Positions 30,081 through 45,195 of a DNA stretch of 64,000 nucleotides are shown here, in pieces; position 1 is the stretch's first letter, and each line of letters begins with the position of its first letter. The stretch comes from the human T2T-CHM13v2.0 reference genome, Homo sapiens. Both the position numbers and the translations under genes were made by a program. The stretch lies in the NCBI RefSeq assembly GCF_009914755.1, contig NC_060934.1. The stretch is one strand, 5' to 3'. Below the pieces are notes generated by a model. It searched no databases. It saw nothing but the letters and a program-made list of their open reading frames with translations, and had not been told where the DNA came from.

Positions 30081-30429
30081 TGCATTAGTCTTTTCTCACG
30101 CTGCTAATAAAGACATACCCACAACTGAGTAATTTATAAAGACATGAGGTTTAATGGACTCACAGTTCCACATGGCTAGGGAGGCCTCACAACCATGGCA
30201 GAAGGTGAATGAGGATCAAAGTCATGTCTTACATGGTGGCCGGCAAGAGAACTTGTGCAGGGGAACTGCCCTTTATAAAACCATCACATCTCATGAGTCT
30301 TATTCACTATCATGAGAACAGCATGGGAAAGACCTGCCCCCATGATTCCATTACCTCCCACCAGGCCCCTCCCACAGTGTGTGGGAATTCAAAATGAGAT
30401 CTGGGTGGGGACACAGCCAGAACATATCA
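30081..30429 (-). mobile_element. THE1 solo LTR (THE1C-like)
   Basis: gctgctaataaagacataccc...ctcacagttccacatggct...catgagaacagcatgggaaagacc...gggtggggacacagcca; TG...CA termini. Confidence 0.9.
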
Positions 30430-30539
30430 GGCAGTATCATTACTAATGACATCCTTGATCAAGGAAATATATGAGGTCCTATGGGGGATACAAGGTACGA
30501 TGATCCCTGCCCTTAAGAACCAAAAGATTCTACTAAAAA

Positions 30540-30905
30540 AATCCAACTCATAGAAGCAGAGTAGCATGGGGGCTGGACAAGGTATGCGGTGGGGAGTGGG
30601 GAGATGTTGGTCAAAAGGTACAGAGATTCACTGGACAGGAGGAATAACTTTGGGAGATCTATTGTACAGCATAGTGACTATAATTAATTTATGTATACTG
30701 GAAAATTGCTAGGAAGGTAGATTTTAAATGTTCTCATCACAAAAAAAGATCAATATGTGAAGTGATAGATATTTAATTATTTGATTTAATCATTCCACAG
30801 TGTATGTATATGTACATCAAGACATCACAATGTACCCTATAAATATGGGAAAGTTTTACCTTGTCAATTAAAAATTAAACTAATAAATTAGTTAATTAAA
30901 TAAAA
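30540..30905 (+). mobile_element. L1MA 3'UTR fragment
   Basis: gagatgttggtcaaaaggtac...gagatctattgtacagcatagtgactata...gtagattttaaatgttctca. Confidence 0.8.
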
Positions 30906-30992
30906 GAACCAAATGGTTCAAAAGTAGGAATCAATTTTAGTAGAAGAAAGCATGTTCTTTCTTAGCAAAATGTCTCTTACATGATAAAGTAA

Positions 30993-31042
30993 ATATGTAT
31001 GTGTATGTGTGTGTGTGTGTGTGTATATATATATGTATGTAT
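30993..31042. repeat. (TG)n/(TA)n microsatellite
   Basis: atatgtatgtgtatgtgtgtgtgtgtgtgtgtatatatatatgtatgta. Confidence 0.9.
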
Positions 31043-31301
31043 AATACATTAAGTAACATATACCTGGACCAAAGAATTAAGTGCAGAGAAGAGAGAACAT
31101 TTTTCATATGGCAATTGAAAGAATATCATTGGAGGGAATATCCCTTCTGCAACCAGAAAGGGCAAAAATAAAGCAAAGTGCAAGGAATGTAGAGTGTCTG
31201 GAGATGGAGACCCAGCCAACTGGTTTCACCCAGATGGTTTGTTAAGAGAATAATGAAATATGAATTAGAAAAGTAGATAGAAGCCAGATTGCAAAGCTTT
31301 A

Positions 31302-32495
<1,194 letters not shown>

Positions 32496-34214
32496 TGCTT
32501 TGTTTTGTTTTCAATACCAGTAGGGGCATTGGAACAGGGTTAAAAATAGAATTCAAAGAGCACGTTAGCAAGGTTAATCTGATGGTAATCTGTAACATCT
32601 ATCATGGTGGGAAGAGCCAGCAGCTTGTAAACTCCTCGAGGAGTGGCCCCAAGTCTACCGTGCTCACCTTTCTATCCTCAACACCTAGCATAGTGCCTCC
32701 AGCACACAACAGATGCTCAAATATGCATCAAATGAACTCATGAGTAAATGGGAGCTAAGAATCTTTCTGAATGGTTGAAGTGAGAGTAACAGGTGCATGA
32801 ACAAGACTGCTCATTGTAGAAACAAAAACGAAATAGTTGATTACAGAAAATATTGGGGAAAACTAATCAATATTATTTGCTTAAACTCAGGCAATGAAGG
32901 AGGGAGCGAGCAGTCCACATGATTCTCACATTTCCAGTTTAGGAATGTCCTAGTATCATGAACAAAAACTAGGGATGTCTGGAGGAAGAGGCATTCATTG
33001 GAAATGCAGAGCTAGAAAGAGGGTTGTTTTTTACTGAGTTCGAGAGGGTGAGGGTTGAGGGGCAGTTCTGGATGTAGAACTTGATGTTTGAGCATTTAGT
33101 AAGAAAGCATCTTGTATGTTGTTTGCATGGAGGTTCGGTTGAAGTCATTTGGCACACCCAAATGGGTTTTGCAGTTGTCTTATCCTGGTGACATTCCCTG
33201 CTAAATTAGACAAGATGCAAATTTGATAGAGATTCCTTAAGAAAAAATAATGTTACTGCAGAGATAAATGCAATACTCAAAAGGATTTTAATTTCTTCTG
33301 GTAATTTCTCAGGAGAAAACGGAAAAAGGACTTCTCTGGGGTGACTTCATCATAGACTGTGCTTCTCTTTTGACCACCCACCTCAATTGCCATTTTTTCC
33401 TGACATTCACTGTGGAAATTTGGTGCACGACACTGTTAGGGGAGATCTGTTGGCAACAGAATCGTGTACGCTGCTTGTTCTCATCTGGCCTTTCACACCT
33501 TGGCCTGGTATTCTTTGGCTTATTTTGTCATGTCTGGGGTTTCATCTGTTCTGGGTTCTTGCCTGAAGCTCTGGCAGATGACAGTGTTCAGCTGAGAAAG
33601 TCCTATCCAACTGCAACTTCCATGATGCAAGAATTTCTCTTGAATACCAGGGTGAATGGAAACCCAAGATTCACGAGACATTGTAGCTATTCATTTTGTC
33701 ACCTTGCTTCAGTATGGCCTAAGTGTCCTAAATTAAAAATTCCTATAAAAGAGCAGAGATGAGTTTGAGACAGTGCTTTGAGAGAAACTTAGGCATAACA
33801 GGTAAGGGAAAATAGGTCATACAGTGGCTGGTAACTAATATGGCATATCATCCCAAGGGTTGTTGAGCCACGAGGACTTCACATTTTGTTTGTTAATGTG
33901 TGTGGCCACTCATACATCATACAGGGATGCCTGGGAAGTTAACAAAGATATGTTCCCATTTCTAGCCATAATAAAGAACAATCCTACTTTATAATTGGGA
34001 AATGAAATGCTACAAAAGGAATTAATCCCTGAAAAGCAAGATGGTATCACATTGATTTTTAGGAATTCTCATAATCCAGTGGTTCTGCAAATATTTCTTA
34101 TAATTCTTCATCCTTTCTCTCTTCCACTCTCTCATAGATTTTTCTCCCTTCTCTGATATGCATGTGCCTTCTAGTTGACTTTTGTAAAGTAGAAAGAAAT
34201 AATAAATTCTTGGA

Positions 34215-34515
34215 TCACGCCTGAAATCCCAACACTTTGGGAGGCCAAGGCAGGTGGATCACCTGAGGTCAGGAGGTCAAGATCAGCCTGGCCAACGTGG
34301 TGAAACCGCATCTCTACTAAAAATACAAAAAAAAAAAAAAATTAGCCAGGCGTGGTGGCACACACCTGTAGTCCCAGCTACTCATGAGGCTGAAGCAAGA
34401 GAATCGCTTAAACCCTGGAGGCAGAGGTTGCAGTAAGCCAAGATTGCACCACTGCACTCCAGCCTAGGTGACAGAGTGAGACTCCATCTCACAAAAAAAT
34501 AAATAAAATAATAAA
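34215..34515 (+). mobile_element. AluS, slightly 5'-truncated
   Basis: TSD-like agaaagaaa(t/c)aataa..tcttg on both sides. Confidence 0.9.
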
Positions 34516-35106
34516 GAGAGAGAAAAGAAAGAAACAATAAGTCTTGCAGAGGTTAGAAAGAAGGTAAAGAAATGGTTACTTTGAATGGAGCAATAATCAC
34601 ATTTTAACATAAAGATTGTCCAAGATCACAAAGTAATCTGCATAATTGTGCAAAAATTCTCATGTTACATGACTGTTCTCCCTGCAGTATACACTCAGCC
34701 TGTTAGTTTTTGTATCTAGAATCCTAGAACCTTAGAGCTCCATGGAACCTGTTTTGCATCGTCTCCTTGTTTCACAGATGAATAGGCTGAAGATCAGACA
34801 GTGGAAACTAAGTCCTCATGACCACACTGTGTGGGATCACTGGACAAGCTAACATTTTCTTGGGGTGGATGGAGTCCAGTTATCATTGCAGGGCCTGTTC
34901 TTGGGGCAGAAGAGTCAGGAACCCTTTTAACTGCTTTCTGGTTGTCTGTACCTTTTCTCGCCACTACTTTGGTAACTTGTATCCCCCATCCCTGGGGACA
35001 AAATCTTCATTTCTAGCGTTTTCCACCATAACCTTGTTCTGGTGCTGAAACAAGCAAAAGCAAAGTGCTGAAACAAGTGTCGATGCTGGCATATCACAGT
35101 GTAGAA

Positions 35107-35272
35107 TGGTGCTCCTCAAATTTAGGTGGCTATGGAAGTGACCGGAGGATTGTGTTTAAATGCATGTTCTGATTCAGCTGGTCTGGGGCAAAACCTGAAA
35201 TTCTGTATTTCTGACAAGCTCCCACGGGGTTTCTGATGATTCTGGTCCTCAGACCATCCTTTGAGGAGCAAA
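35107..35272 (-). mobile_element. MER5A1-like MITE
   Basis: Terminal inverted repeat tgctcctcaaa...tttgaggagca; internal ttctgattcag...ctgacaagctccc. Confidence 0.75.
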
Positions 35273-35420
35273 CGACTACAGAGCCACCAGTCCCATCTTT
35301 GAAAGAAGTAACCGACACTTGCCAAGTCTCTCATCCGGAGCTTTAAGAATTTGATGCTTAGGCTTCAATTACATCTCAATAAAAATGAATGAATGAATGT
35401 AATGCTTTTATTTATTCTAC

Positions 35421-35757
35421 CTTCTTTCTTCTTTTTTGTTTTTCTTTTCTTTTTTTTTTTTTTTTTTTTTTCGTGACAGAGCCTCGGTCTGTTGCCCAGG
35501 CTGGAGCGCAGTGGTGCAATCTTGTCTCACCGGGAGGCAACCTCCGCCTCCCAGGTTCAAGCGATTCTTCTGCCGCAGCCTCCCAAGTAGCTGAGATTAT
35601 AGGCAAGTGCCACCATGCCCAGCTGATTTTTGTATTTTTAGTAGAGACAGGGTTTCCCATGTTGGCCAGGCTGGTCTCAAACTCCTGACCTCAGGTGATC
35701 CGTCCACCTTGGCCTCCCAAAGTGCTGGATTACAGGCATGAGCCACCGTGCCTGGCC
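35421..35757 (-). mobile_element. AluS
   Basis: TSD attctacctt. Confidence 0.9.
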
Positions 35758-36977
35758 AATTCTACCTTATTTCTGATTGGCTTCTTCCCATTTGTTTTTT
35801 GAGAAGATGCTACAAAGCATTTTGGAAACTGGTACTGCAGGAGTAATTTCTCTTCAAACTCTGAGTTACTATAAAACAGCTGTGGAATCCTGTGGATTGA
35901 AAAGAACTTGAGAAAGGCAATATTCTGTTACTGAGCTTAGGATACAGTATCATATTAGGATACAGTATCAATCAAGATTTGACTTTCAATTCTGAGTTTG
36001 TGATGAGTAGCTATAATTGACAGAGTGACAGAAGTTTTTATATTAGTGTTTATTTTACCAATGTGAAGTGTTATTTGTGTGAAGTAATTGAGTTCCTAGA
36101 TGTTCTCATTCTGTATCAGTGGCTGTAGACAGTGTAAGTCTAGATAGCATGATAGTGTATGAATGTATATATATATATGGAGGGAGGGAAAGAGGGACTA
36201 TGAATTAACCATAGTTTTGAAATTGATTCCTGGAAACTGACATTTATTGACTGCACAGGTGTTAAAATTGTCTTTGTTTTATTTACTCCATATGAACTGA
36301 AAAGTATTAGAGAAGCAAAGTTCTTCTCTACTTTCGACTCTATTCCCATTCAGTCTATCCCCTCAACTAAAGTAAACTGAGGTATCTTAGATATAGAAAT
36401 CTAATTTGGAATAACTCAAGAGAGATAGAGGGGAGATGGGTAATACTGAATATGCAGAATTCAATCATAGAAAACTAATCACTTTAGTGAAAAGCCAGCT
36501 GTTCTTTGTTTTCTAATGGGCATGTGATGTTGATGAAAAATAGCATTCAAGTAAAGTTTACCAAGAACAACTGGTTTGATTCAAGGTATTATATTATTTT
36601 GCAGTATAGGAAATGTTATTTAGATTTAACAAAGGGCTGAACAGAGCAGCCAGTCCAAAGACCCAAATACCAAAGGATTATCTTTAAATTTAGAGAATGA
36701 AAAATGCAAGAGCATTGTATTTTGGGCATCAGATGATAATTCTTTCAGAGAATATGCCTGGGTTTTTGTGTCCTTCAAATTTCGTTTGAATGAACATTTT
36801 ATGGATTTTTGTGACACTGAGGGATATGTTAAAATACCATTGCAAACATGTCAGGCAACTCAAGTTTAGAAGATTCTCAACTTGAATTATTTTAGCATTC
36901 TGCTATTTGAATTACTTGGGGGAAAACAGGAGTTGTATGACAATTTGGAGGTCCTTTTCTTTGTCTCCCAAGTGAGT

Positions 36978-37402
36978 TTGTAGGTTCACTGAATTTCCCC
37001 AAAGAAGATCCTGAGACAAGAATTTGAGTCTAAGGACATGAGGGAGGGGGATGTGAGACAGGAATGGGGGAGGTCAGCAAAGCCTGAGTGTAGGTGGGTT
37101 AGTGCCTGGACAACTCAGGCTCGAGCCCGCTGGGGACCCCGTGAAGCACTGCCCCACCGAGGGACGCAGAAGCAGCTGTCTTTTTCCATCTGCCCTGCCT
37201 CTTGCTAGTTGAAGTCACCCCAGGGGTGTTTGCTCTTGTGTGCATCTGTCTTTCTCCATGCCTAGGCCAAGCGCTCCTGCAGCAGCAAAATCCCTCTCTG
37301 AAAGTCAGAAAGCCTGAGATCCACAAGCTTCTTGGGGAGGGATCTGCAGACGACCTTCAGGGCAGGCTGAGGTCATATAGGCAGGGCCCTGACAGTCTCC
37401 AC
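36978..37402 (-). mobile_element. Old MaLR LTR (MLT1H-K-like)
   Basis: ttccccaaagaagatcctgagacaagaatttgagt resembles the MLT1 terminus; subfamily uncertain. Confidence 0.55.
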
Positions 37403-37403
37403 C

Positions 37404-37591
37404 TTATCAGTGTGGCCGCTATTGTAACCCCATCACCTAGGCTGTAGTGCTTGATAATTAGCAAGTTATCAGTGTGACCGCTATTGTAACCCCATCACCT
37501 AGGCTGTAGTGCTTGATAATTAGCAAGTTATCAGTGTGGCCGCTATTGTAACCCCATCACCTAGGCTGTAGTGCTTGATAATTAGCAAGTT
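37404..37591. repeat. Tandem repeat, 3 x 62 bp
   Basis: Unit ttatcagtgtg(g/a)ccgctattgtaaccccatcacctaggctgtagtgcttgataattagcaag starting at 37404, 37466 and 37528; one mismatch in total. Confidence 0.98.
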
Positions 37592-37912
37592 CTTTTGTTT
37601 TGTGGTGTTGTTGTTGTTGTTGTTGTTGTTGTTGAGACGGAGTCTCGCCTGTCACCCAGGCTGGAATGCAGTGGTGTGATCTGGCTCACTGCCACCTCTG
37701 CCTCCTGGGTTCGAGCGATTCTCTTGCCTCAGCCTCCCAAGTAGCTGGGATTATAGGCATAAGCCACCACGCCATGATAATTTTTGTATTTTTAGTAGAG
37801 ACAGGGTTTCACCATGTTGGCCAGGCTGATCTCAAACTCCTGACCTCAGGTGATCCACTCACCTTGGCCTCCCAAAGTGCTGGGATTACAGGTGTGAGCC
37901 ACCCTACTCAGC
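37592..37912 (-). mobile_element. AluS with (TTG)n tail
   Basis: TSD tgataattagcaa(g/a)ttctt. Confidence 0.9.
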
Positions 37913-38000
37913 TGATAATTAGCAAATTCTTAATAAGTGTTTATTCAATGAAGGGAGGGAAGGAGAAAAATGAATGATTCAAACAGAATCGGAAAAGCCA

Positions 38001-38300
38001 GGCCGGGCGCGGTGGCTCATGCCTGTAATCCCAGCACTTTGGGAGGCCGAGGCGGACGGATCACGAGGTCAGGAGATCGAGACCATCCTGGCTAACACGG
38101 TGAAACCCCATCTCTACTAAAAATACAAAAAATTAGCCGGGCTTGGTGGCGGATGCCTGTAGTTCCAGCTACTAGGGAGGCTGAGGCAGGAGAATGGTGT
38201 GATACTAGGAGGCAGAGCTTGCAGTGAGCCGAGACCGCACCACTGCACTCTAGCCTGGGTGACAGAGCGAGGCTCCATCTCAAAAAATAAAGAAAAAGAA
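38001..38300 (+). mobile_element. AluY
   Basis: gagatcgagaccatcctggctaacacgg; TSD gaaaagcca. Confidence 0.92.
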
Positions 38301-40026
38301 AAGCCAGTATTGGCAACATGTCAGGCAGCGTCCATAGACAGATCAATGATTAGAGATAGTTTTTGAAAATAGCATTTTACTTCTGATTAGGGTCCCCAAC
38401 CTAATATCTAAATTTTATGCTTGCCAGGTTTATTATGTGTGTGGAGGTGGGAAAAGAAAGAAAAAGGGTTGGCACGAGAGAGCACATAGCTCTATATGTC
38501 AGCTACCTTAACTCTAAAGGGTGGCACTTGGGGGAATTATACTTTTCACATCAATAGTTATACCCGGGTTTTTTTGTTTTGTTTGTTTTTTTACAAGATT
38601 AGCATATGTTTATGTTTGATTATTCAAGATAAATCAGTTCCCAGTGTTCTGGGCAGTTCATAGGTCTCAATGAATCATTGAAGAACTGTAGATAATCCCT
38701 GCTAAGTCCCACAAAAGCAGCTAACTTGCTCCTTTGTCATGCAGGGAAAGGAGTAGTGTGGACTGAGGAGTGCATTTTTGAGGTAAGGATGATGTCCAGC
38801 ATCCAGACAAAAATGAAAAAATTGTCACTTGGACATTTACAAGTGTCAAGAGGTTCTGTGTCACACAAATGGCTTTGTTTATGTTCTACTAACATATTTG
38901 AATGAAGTATACAAAATTCAGTAACTCATATGGCTATCTTAAATGCATGGCACTAAACATAGAAACATCTAGGAATAGCATGGGATTGCTTTCCTTTATT
39001 ATTCTGGTAGCTCTCATTATGTACATAGTAGTTGTAACCTGAGAGTGTGTCTGTCTGGCCAAGCATAAATCTCAATGTGTTCATATGTGTAGTGTATGTA
39101 TGTGTGGCATGAAGGGTAGGGAGAAGAAGGGTTGCAGAGAGCTTTTCCTTCCAAAAATATATATGTTTTTGGCTTATTTGATGGTTTTGATCATCTGTAA
39201 CTTTTGTAGCAATCATGATTTCTACATGATTCAGTGAATTACCCTGTAGTACTAATGTAAAACCTCAAAAGGCCATTTCTCTACCAAACATCTAAGTATG
39301 CCAACTGTGTTAACTTCATAACTTATAGTCAGGGTGATCTTTTATCTTCTTCACGGGGTCCTGAGTGATGTTGTTCTAGCGAAACAACACCAGAGGAAAA
39401 GGGGGCTCACAGAAAAGCAGCATTGAGCATGCAGAAATGTAAAGTATCTGCAAAGGGTTAATAAGTTAGAAATACATATTCCCTGCAAGAAACAAGAGCA
39501 GAAGGAGCTTGGCAATGATTACTTTCTCTTTTTTTCTGGAGGAGTGAAGAAATGTGCTACGGAGACACCATAGCCAACTTGGACTGAGAGTGCTGGAGTG
39601 TTTTCCTGCCCCCAGGGTCCTGATGCCATCCCCCTCTCTAGGCCTCCCTTGACCCTGGAACTGGGTGGCAGGCCAGCTACAGAGGAGTGTGGGAATTCAG
39701 TCCATAAACCCTTGGTTTCTTCTCGCAGGACTCCCAGCTCCTCTTGACAATTTCCTCATACTGATTTATTGATTTAATTTCTGGTTGGCAGTGGTAGTAG
39801 TTATAAAGTAAATTTACCCCAGGAAAACAAGATATTTTGGGAGTTCACTAATGCTAACGCTGCACTTGGATCCTAGAGCCACTTTGCATCTGCCCAAATC
39901 AGCTAGAGAAAACAACAGCCAAGTGACACCCAGCAAGCAGCAACAACTCGTCTCTTCCATTTACTCAGTTGGGATAGTAGGAATAGAAGGATATGCGTGT
40001 TACTTTCCTATTAATAGTTAACCTTA

Positions 40027-40337
<311 letters not shown>

Positions 40338-40509
40338 TCAAAAGTTAATAATCTTCATAACATCATGTTTGTTATCATGTATCATGCTTGAATTTTGACA
40401 ACATAGTTTTCTGTCTTCATTTTGATTTGGGCCTCAGGAAAAAAAAAATTGTCTTGGATGTGATTCTTTTCTACTCTTGGATCATGCAAAAGGGTTAGCT
40501 TAGATGCAA

Positions 40510-41065
40510 TATTGGTTATCTGTTTATGTATAAAAATGATTCCAAAAGTTAGCTGCTTAAAACAACAAACATTTGTTATCTCAGTTTCTTGGGGTCAGGA
40601 AATTGGGCACAGCTTTGGTGGGCACTCATGCCTCACCATCTCTCACAAAGCTGCAGTCAAGGGGGCTGTGATCTGCTATGAAAACTTGACTGTGGATGGA
40701 TCTGCTTGCAAGCTCATTTGTGTAGTTGTTGGAAGGATTCCGTTTCTTATGGTCTATTGGAATGAGGGCCTTAGTCCCTGCCTTTCTGTTGCCTGGGACC
40801 ACCCTCACTTCCTTGCCATGTGGGCCTTTCCATAGGGAAGCTGGCTTCCATTGTAAGAAACAAGAGAGAGAATAAGATCTGGCCACAAGATGGAAGTCAT
40901 AGTCATTTTGTAACTTAATCTAATGACATGCCATCCCTGTTACTGCACTCTCTTCATTATAAATGAGTCATGAGGTTCAGCCCATATTCAAAGGAGGGAT
41001 TATACAAAGACATGAATACCAAGAGGTAGGGATCACTGGGGGCCATTTTAGATGCTTTATACGCA
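40510..41065 (-). mobile_element. MLT1F-like MaLR LTR
   Basis: gcttaaaacaacaaacatttgttatctcagtttct.ggggtcaggaa...catgaataccaagaggtagggatcactggggg. Confidence 0.75.
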
Positions 41066-41299
41066 GACTTGATTCTAAAATTGCTATATGATGGAGAGTT
41101 ATTTTTGATGCAATAAATGCTAAGTTTTAGGACAAATTCTTAATTATTTGTGGTGATGTGGATTAATACCTTGAGAATGAAGACTAAATCATAGGGTCAA
41201 GAAAATATGATGATCAGATTAACTATTTCTTGGATAATTGGCAACAGTCCCATTGTGGCCAAAAAGGAACCAGAGTTTAAGCCAAGGGGAAGCTCAGGG

Positions 41300-41599
41300 C
41301 AGGACCCACAAGTATTGAACTATTTTCCAACAAGCCGGGATGCCCATGGAATTGAAGCTTCAGAAACTTATATTTGTACAATGAAATGCACCTGCTGCCT
41401 GTTAACCAACTCCTCTTCCTTGCCCCTCCTGTTGTCCTTCCTGTCTATATAAATCATTAACTTTATTGTTGGGGAGGGGACAGATTTGGGGTTTATCTCC
41501 CATCTCTCCAACTGATGTCATCTGAATAAGGTCTTCTTCCTGGCAATACTTGTCTCAGTGATTGGCTTTCTGTGCAGCCAGCAATGAAACCTAGACTGA
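41300..41599 (+). mobile_element. ERV1 LTR 3' portion (MER39-like)
   Basis: TATAAA at ~41447; ending cttcttcctggcaatacttgtctcagtgattggctttctgtgc...cctagactgaacc...gcgtttggtaa. Confidence 0.55.
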
Positions 41600-41882
41600 A
41601 CCTCTAGCGTTTGGTAAGAGTATCGCTATCAAGTTGCTACCTGTGAGGGGCAGAACTCCCACATGGGGCCAAAGGAAGAGTATTAGTTGACCTCTGGAAG
41701 GAAAAAGCCATGTGGACCCAAGAGCTACAGACAATGGGAGGAGCAGAAACTCATGTGCATATTTCTTACAAGGATGGGCAGATTAGGATAGGGAATCAAA
41801 GTCTTATGATCTAGGCATGTGCTAGGAAAGATTGAGATGCTCTAGAAGGACTCTGGAGCCTGAGGCAAAACACTGTTCTTGA

Positions 41883-42228
<346 letters not shown>

Positions 42229-42855
42229 CAAGATTGCTCTTTAATATGACTCTGAAACTTGACCATGTGAGGGTGGACCAGCCATGCCTTAAAAAGTAGT
42301 TCTCTACCCTCACAAGGGAAGGCAAGCTGAGTCCATACTTAACTATGAAATAACATAGTAGAAGTGAAGAGTCTCTTTTCTAGTATTGGGTCTATCTAGG
42401 TGTGTGACTTTGAGCCTTGTAAGTCACTTTAACTCACTAGTTTAGGTAACTGATCTGCAGTGTCCCTACCCCACCACAAAAACTTTACAGAAGTTGTCAG
42501 TGACTTACATATAGCTAGATCCAGTAGACACTTCAATGCATGTATTACTTGGTCTGTTGGCAGTATTTGATACCATTGAGCACCTCTGTCTTGAAACACT
42601 TTTCTCCTTGGCTGTAGATGATTTGGGAGTTACTGGCAAAACATTTTGACCTGCAGAAAATATTTTGCATGAGAAGAGCAGAGGATCTGAACTAGTCCAC
42701 AGTCATCACAGGCACTAAGGATCAGGTGAAAGCGGTGCACACAGAAGCAGCCTTGGCCTCTGAGTTAAGAAGGAAGCCAGGGTGGAGTGGATTTGAAATG
42801 AGCTGGAACTGAGCAAATATAGGAACTTCATTTCATTTAAGAAGCTCAACTTTAG

Positions 42856-43227
<372 letters not shown>

Positions 43228-43483
43228 CAGATGTTTCTTAAAGAGAGGAGAAACTTACTCATCTAAATGCATAGAAGGCATCAGGAGAGGGGAGAAGGGG
43301 GCAGAGTCCCTGAGAAGGCAAGAGGGCATGGGATCCAGGGCACAGACAGGATCAGCCTGAGAGGAGAGCCCAGGCTTCCATCTGAACAAGGATGGAAGCA
43401 GGAAAGCAGTGTGTGGATTCAGAGTAATGTGTGGGACTGGAACATCAGAGAGTCTTAGACATTCAGCCTAAGAACGGATGGGA
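43228..43483 (+). repeat. 256-bp donor copy of the dispersed duplicate (probably old L2-derived)
   Basis: ~87.5% identical to 19891-20146; tccctgagaaggcaagagggcatgggatccagggcacag resembles antisense L2. Confidence 0.9.
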
Positions 43484-44969
43484 GCCGTAGGTGCTAACCC
43501 AGGAGTGGGGATGCTGCCAGGGGACCCAGCATAGAAGCAGGGGGACAAGGTTGTTTGGTGGAGGGGGCAGCTGACAGCATTTCCCTCCTTCGGCTTCATG
43601 CAGTAGCCTTGGGCCTTGGCTGATGAGCAGGTCTTAGGTATCATGGGAGGGAGGAAAGCAGGTAACTTGCCCTGAGTACCTGCTCTCGGCCAGACCCCAG
43701 CATATGCCACCTATAGGCACCATAGCATTTTGTTAGGGAAGTGACAAGCCCCACCTGCGGCCTTCCACCCTGTAAGAGGAAGAGCCAGCTCTGCACCGAG
43801 GCCTGTTTGATTTCCAGTTTACACCACACTGTGTGTCCAGGACCAGAGACAAGCCGAGAACTACCTGGGCCTGACTTAGGTGGGCTTGCCAGCACAGCTT
43901 TGAAGGTGAAATCCATGTTTAGCCATCTAGGCAGTACAGGGAGCCTGTGAATGTCACTGTGGCTCAGTGGAGGCGGCCAGAGCTCCGGGAGCCCCTCTCT
44001 GGGTGTATCTGAGTAGTAAATGGTGTCGCTGACAGTCACTGGCATGAGCCCTGTGGTACCATTGATCCCACACACCTAATGTCCTGGGGGAGTCAACAGC
44101 GAGGGCCCCTCAGCAGCCACTCCAGGATAGAAGCCCCAGGAAAGGGGCTGTTAATGATGTTGACAAATTTCTGGCTGGGTTATTATGGGATGTTAATGCC
44201 TACCCTCAAACAATATGTTTCCACCTCCCACGTTTTCCCCCTGCTGGTTTGATTGAGAAAACCATAGCGACCAAAAGAGCAAGATTTATACAAATTGTGT
44301 AGCAGGGGATTGGGCTGTAGGCAGGGGAGCCCCCTTGGGGAGGAATTCACCTTTTCAAAGTAGAGGGGAACAGGTGCTCTGGAACTGGCACGTAGCTGCG
44401 AGAGGGTGGGGATGGCATTCCTGAAGGGAAAGGTTACCCAGATTAACAACACTCTGCTGAAAATGATGCCATCCTGGCTCTGTCATTAAAACAGGTGGCT
44501 GTCATTATGGCCTCTGGCTCATAATGGGAAGATAATATAGGCTGGGAGAGATTTATATGAGCTCCAGAAAGATGAAATTGCACATCAAGAAGGAAACAAG
44601 GCATAAAGAGGACCAATTTGGGGAATTTCTCTCCCCACTGGAATGCACGTGATACTCATTAAGGGTGTAGAAATTGTGTCATTCCATCCAGAGGGTTAAA
44701 TTACCTACAGAGCTTTCATTTATTCAGGTTTTATTTAAGTAGCCTTTGGGGAAGACTCCTTTTTCCCTCTTTGGATGTTTTCCTTCAGTTTAAGAGAGTA
44801 GTAAGCATAAAAATGTACTGTATATGATAAAACTTACCCCTTTTCTTTCCCTGCAAATAATCTTGGCCTCTCAGTAGACTGTTGGAAATCAAAAGGTAGG
44901 GGGATATATGTTCTCTTTTTCTTTTCCTAAAGAGATAAAGTTTTAGTGTTTTTTTTTTATTTAATAAAG

Positions 44970-45195
44970 ACTCACATGGTGACTCCCAGGCACTATTCTA
45001 AGCCCCTCACAAATGTTAATTCATTTAATACAATAATACTTCTAAGGTAAGTTCTTTTATTGACTCCATTTAGAGATGAGGTATAGAGAAGTATGAACCC
45101 TCTGTACTTACCTAAGTTCATACAACTAGGACCTCATGTGCTTGGCATTGCCACCCATGCAGATTTGCTCCAGAGACTATGTTCTTAGCTGCCAC
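44970..45195 (-). mobile_element. MIR
   Basis: ccaggcactattctaagccc...ttaattcatttaat...ccatttagagatgagg. Confidence 0.7.

Noticed and set aside
35042-35077. 13-bp direct repeat gtgctgaaacaag around an A-rich 10-mer (possible tail-only retro-insertion)
   Set aside because: No L1-endonuclease-type TT/AAAA site at the first copy; a simple local duplication suffices (likewise the 18-bp-period duplication at 35937-35970)
37404-37591. CRISPR-like array
   Set aside because: Head-to-tail identical units with no unique spacers, in a primate genome
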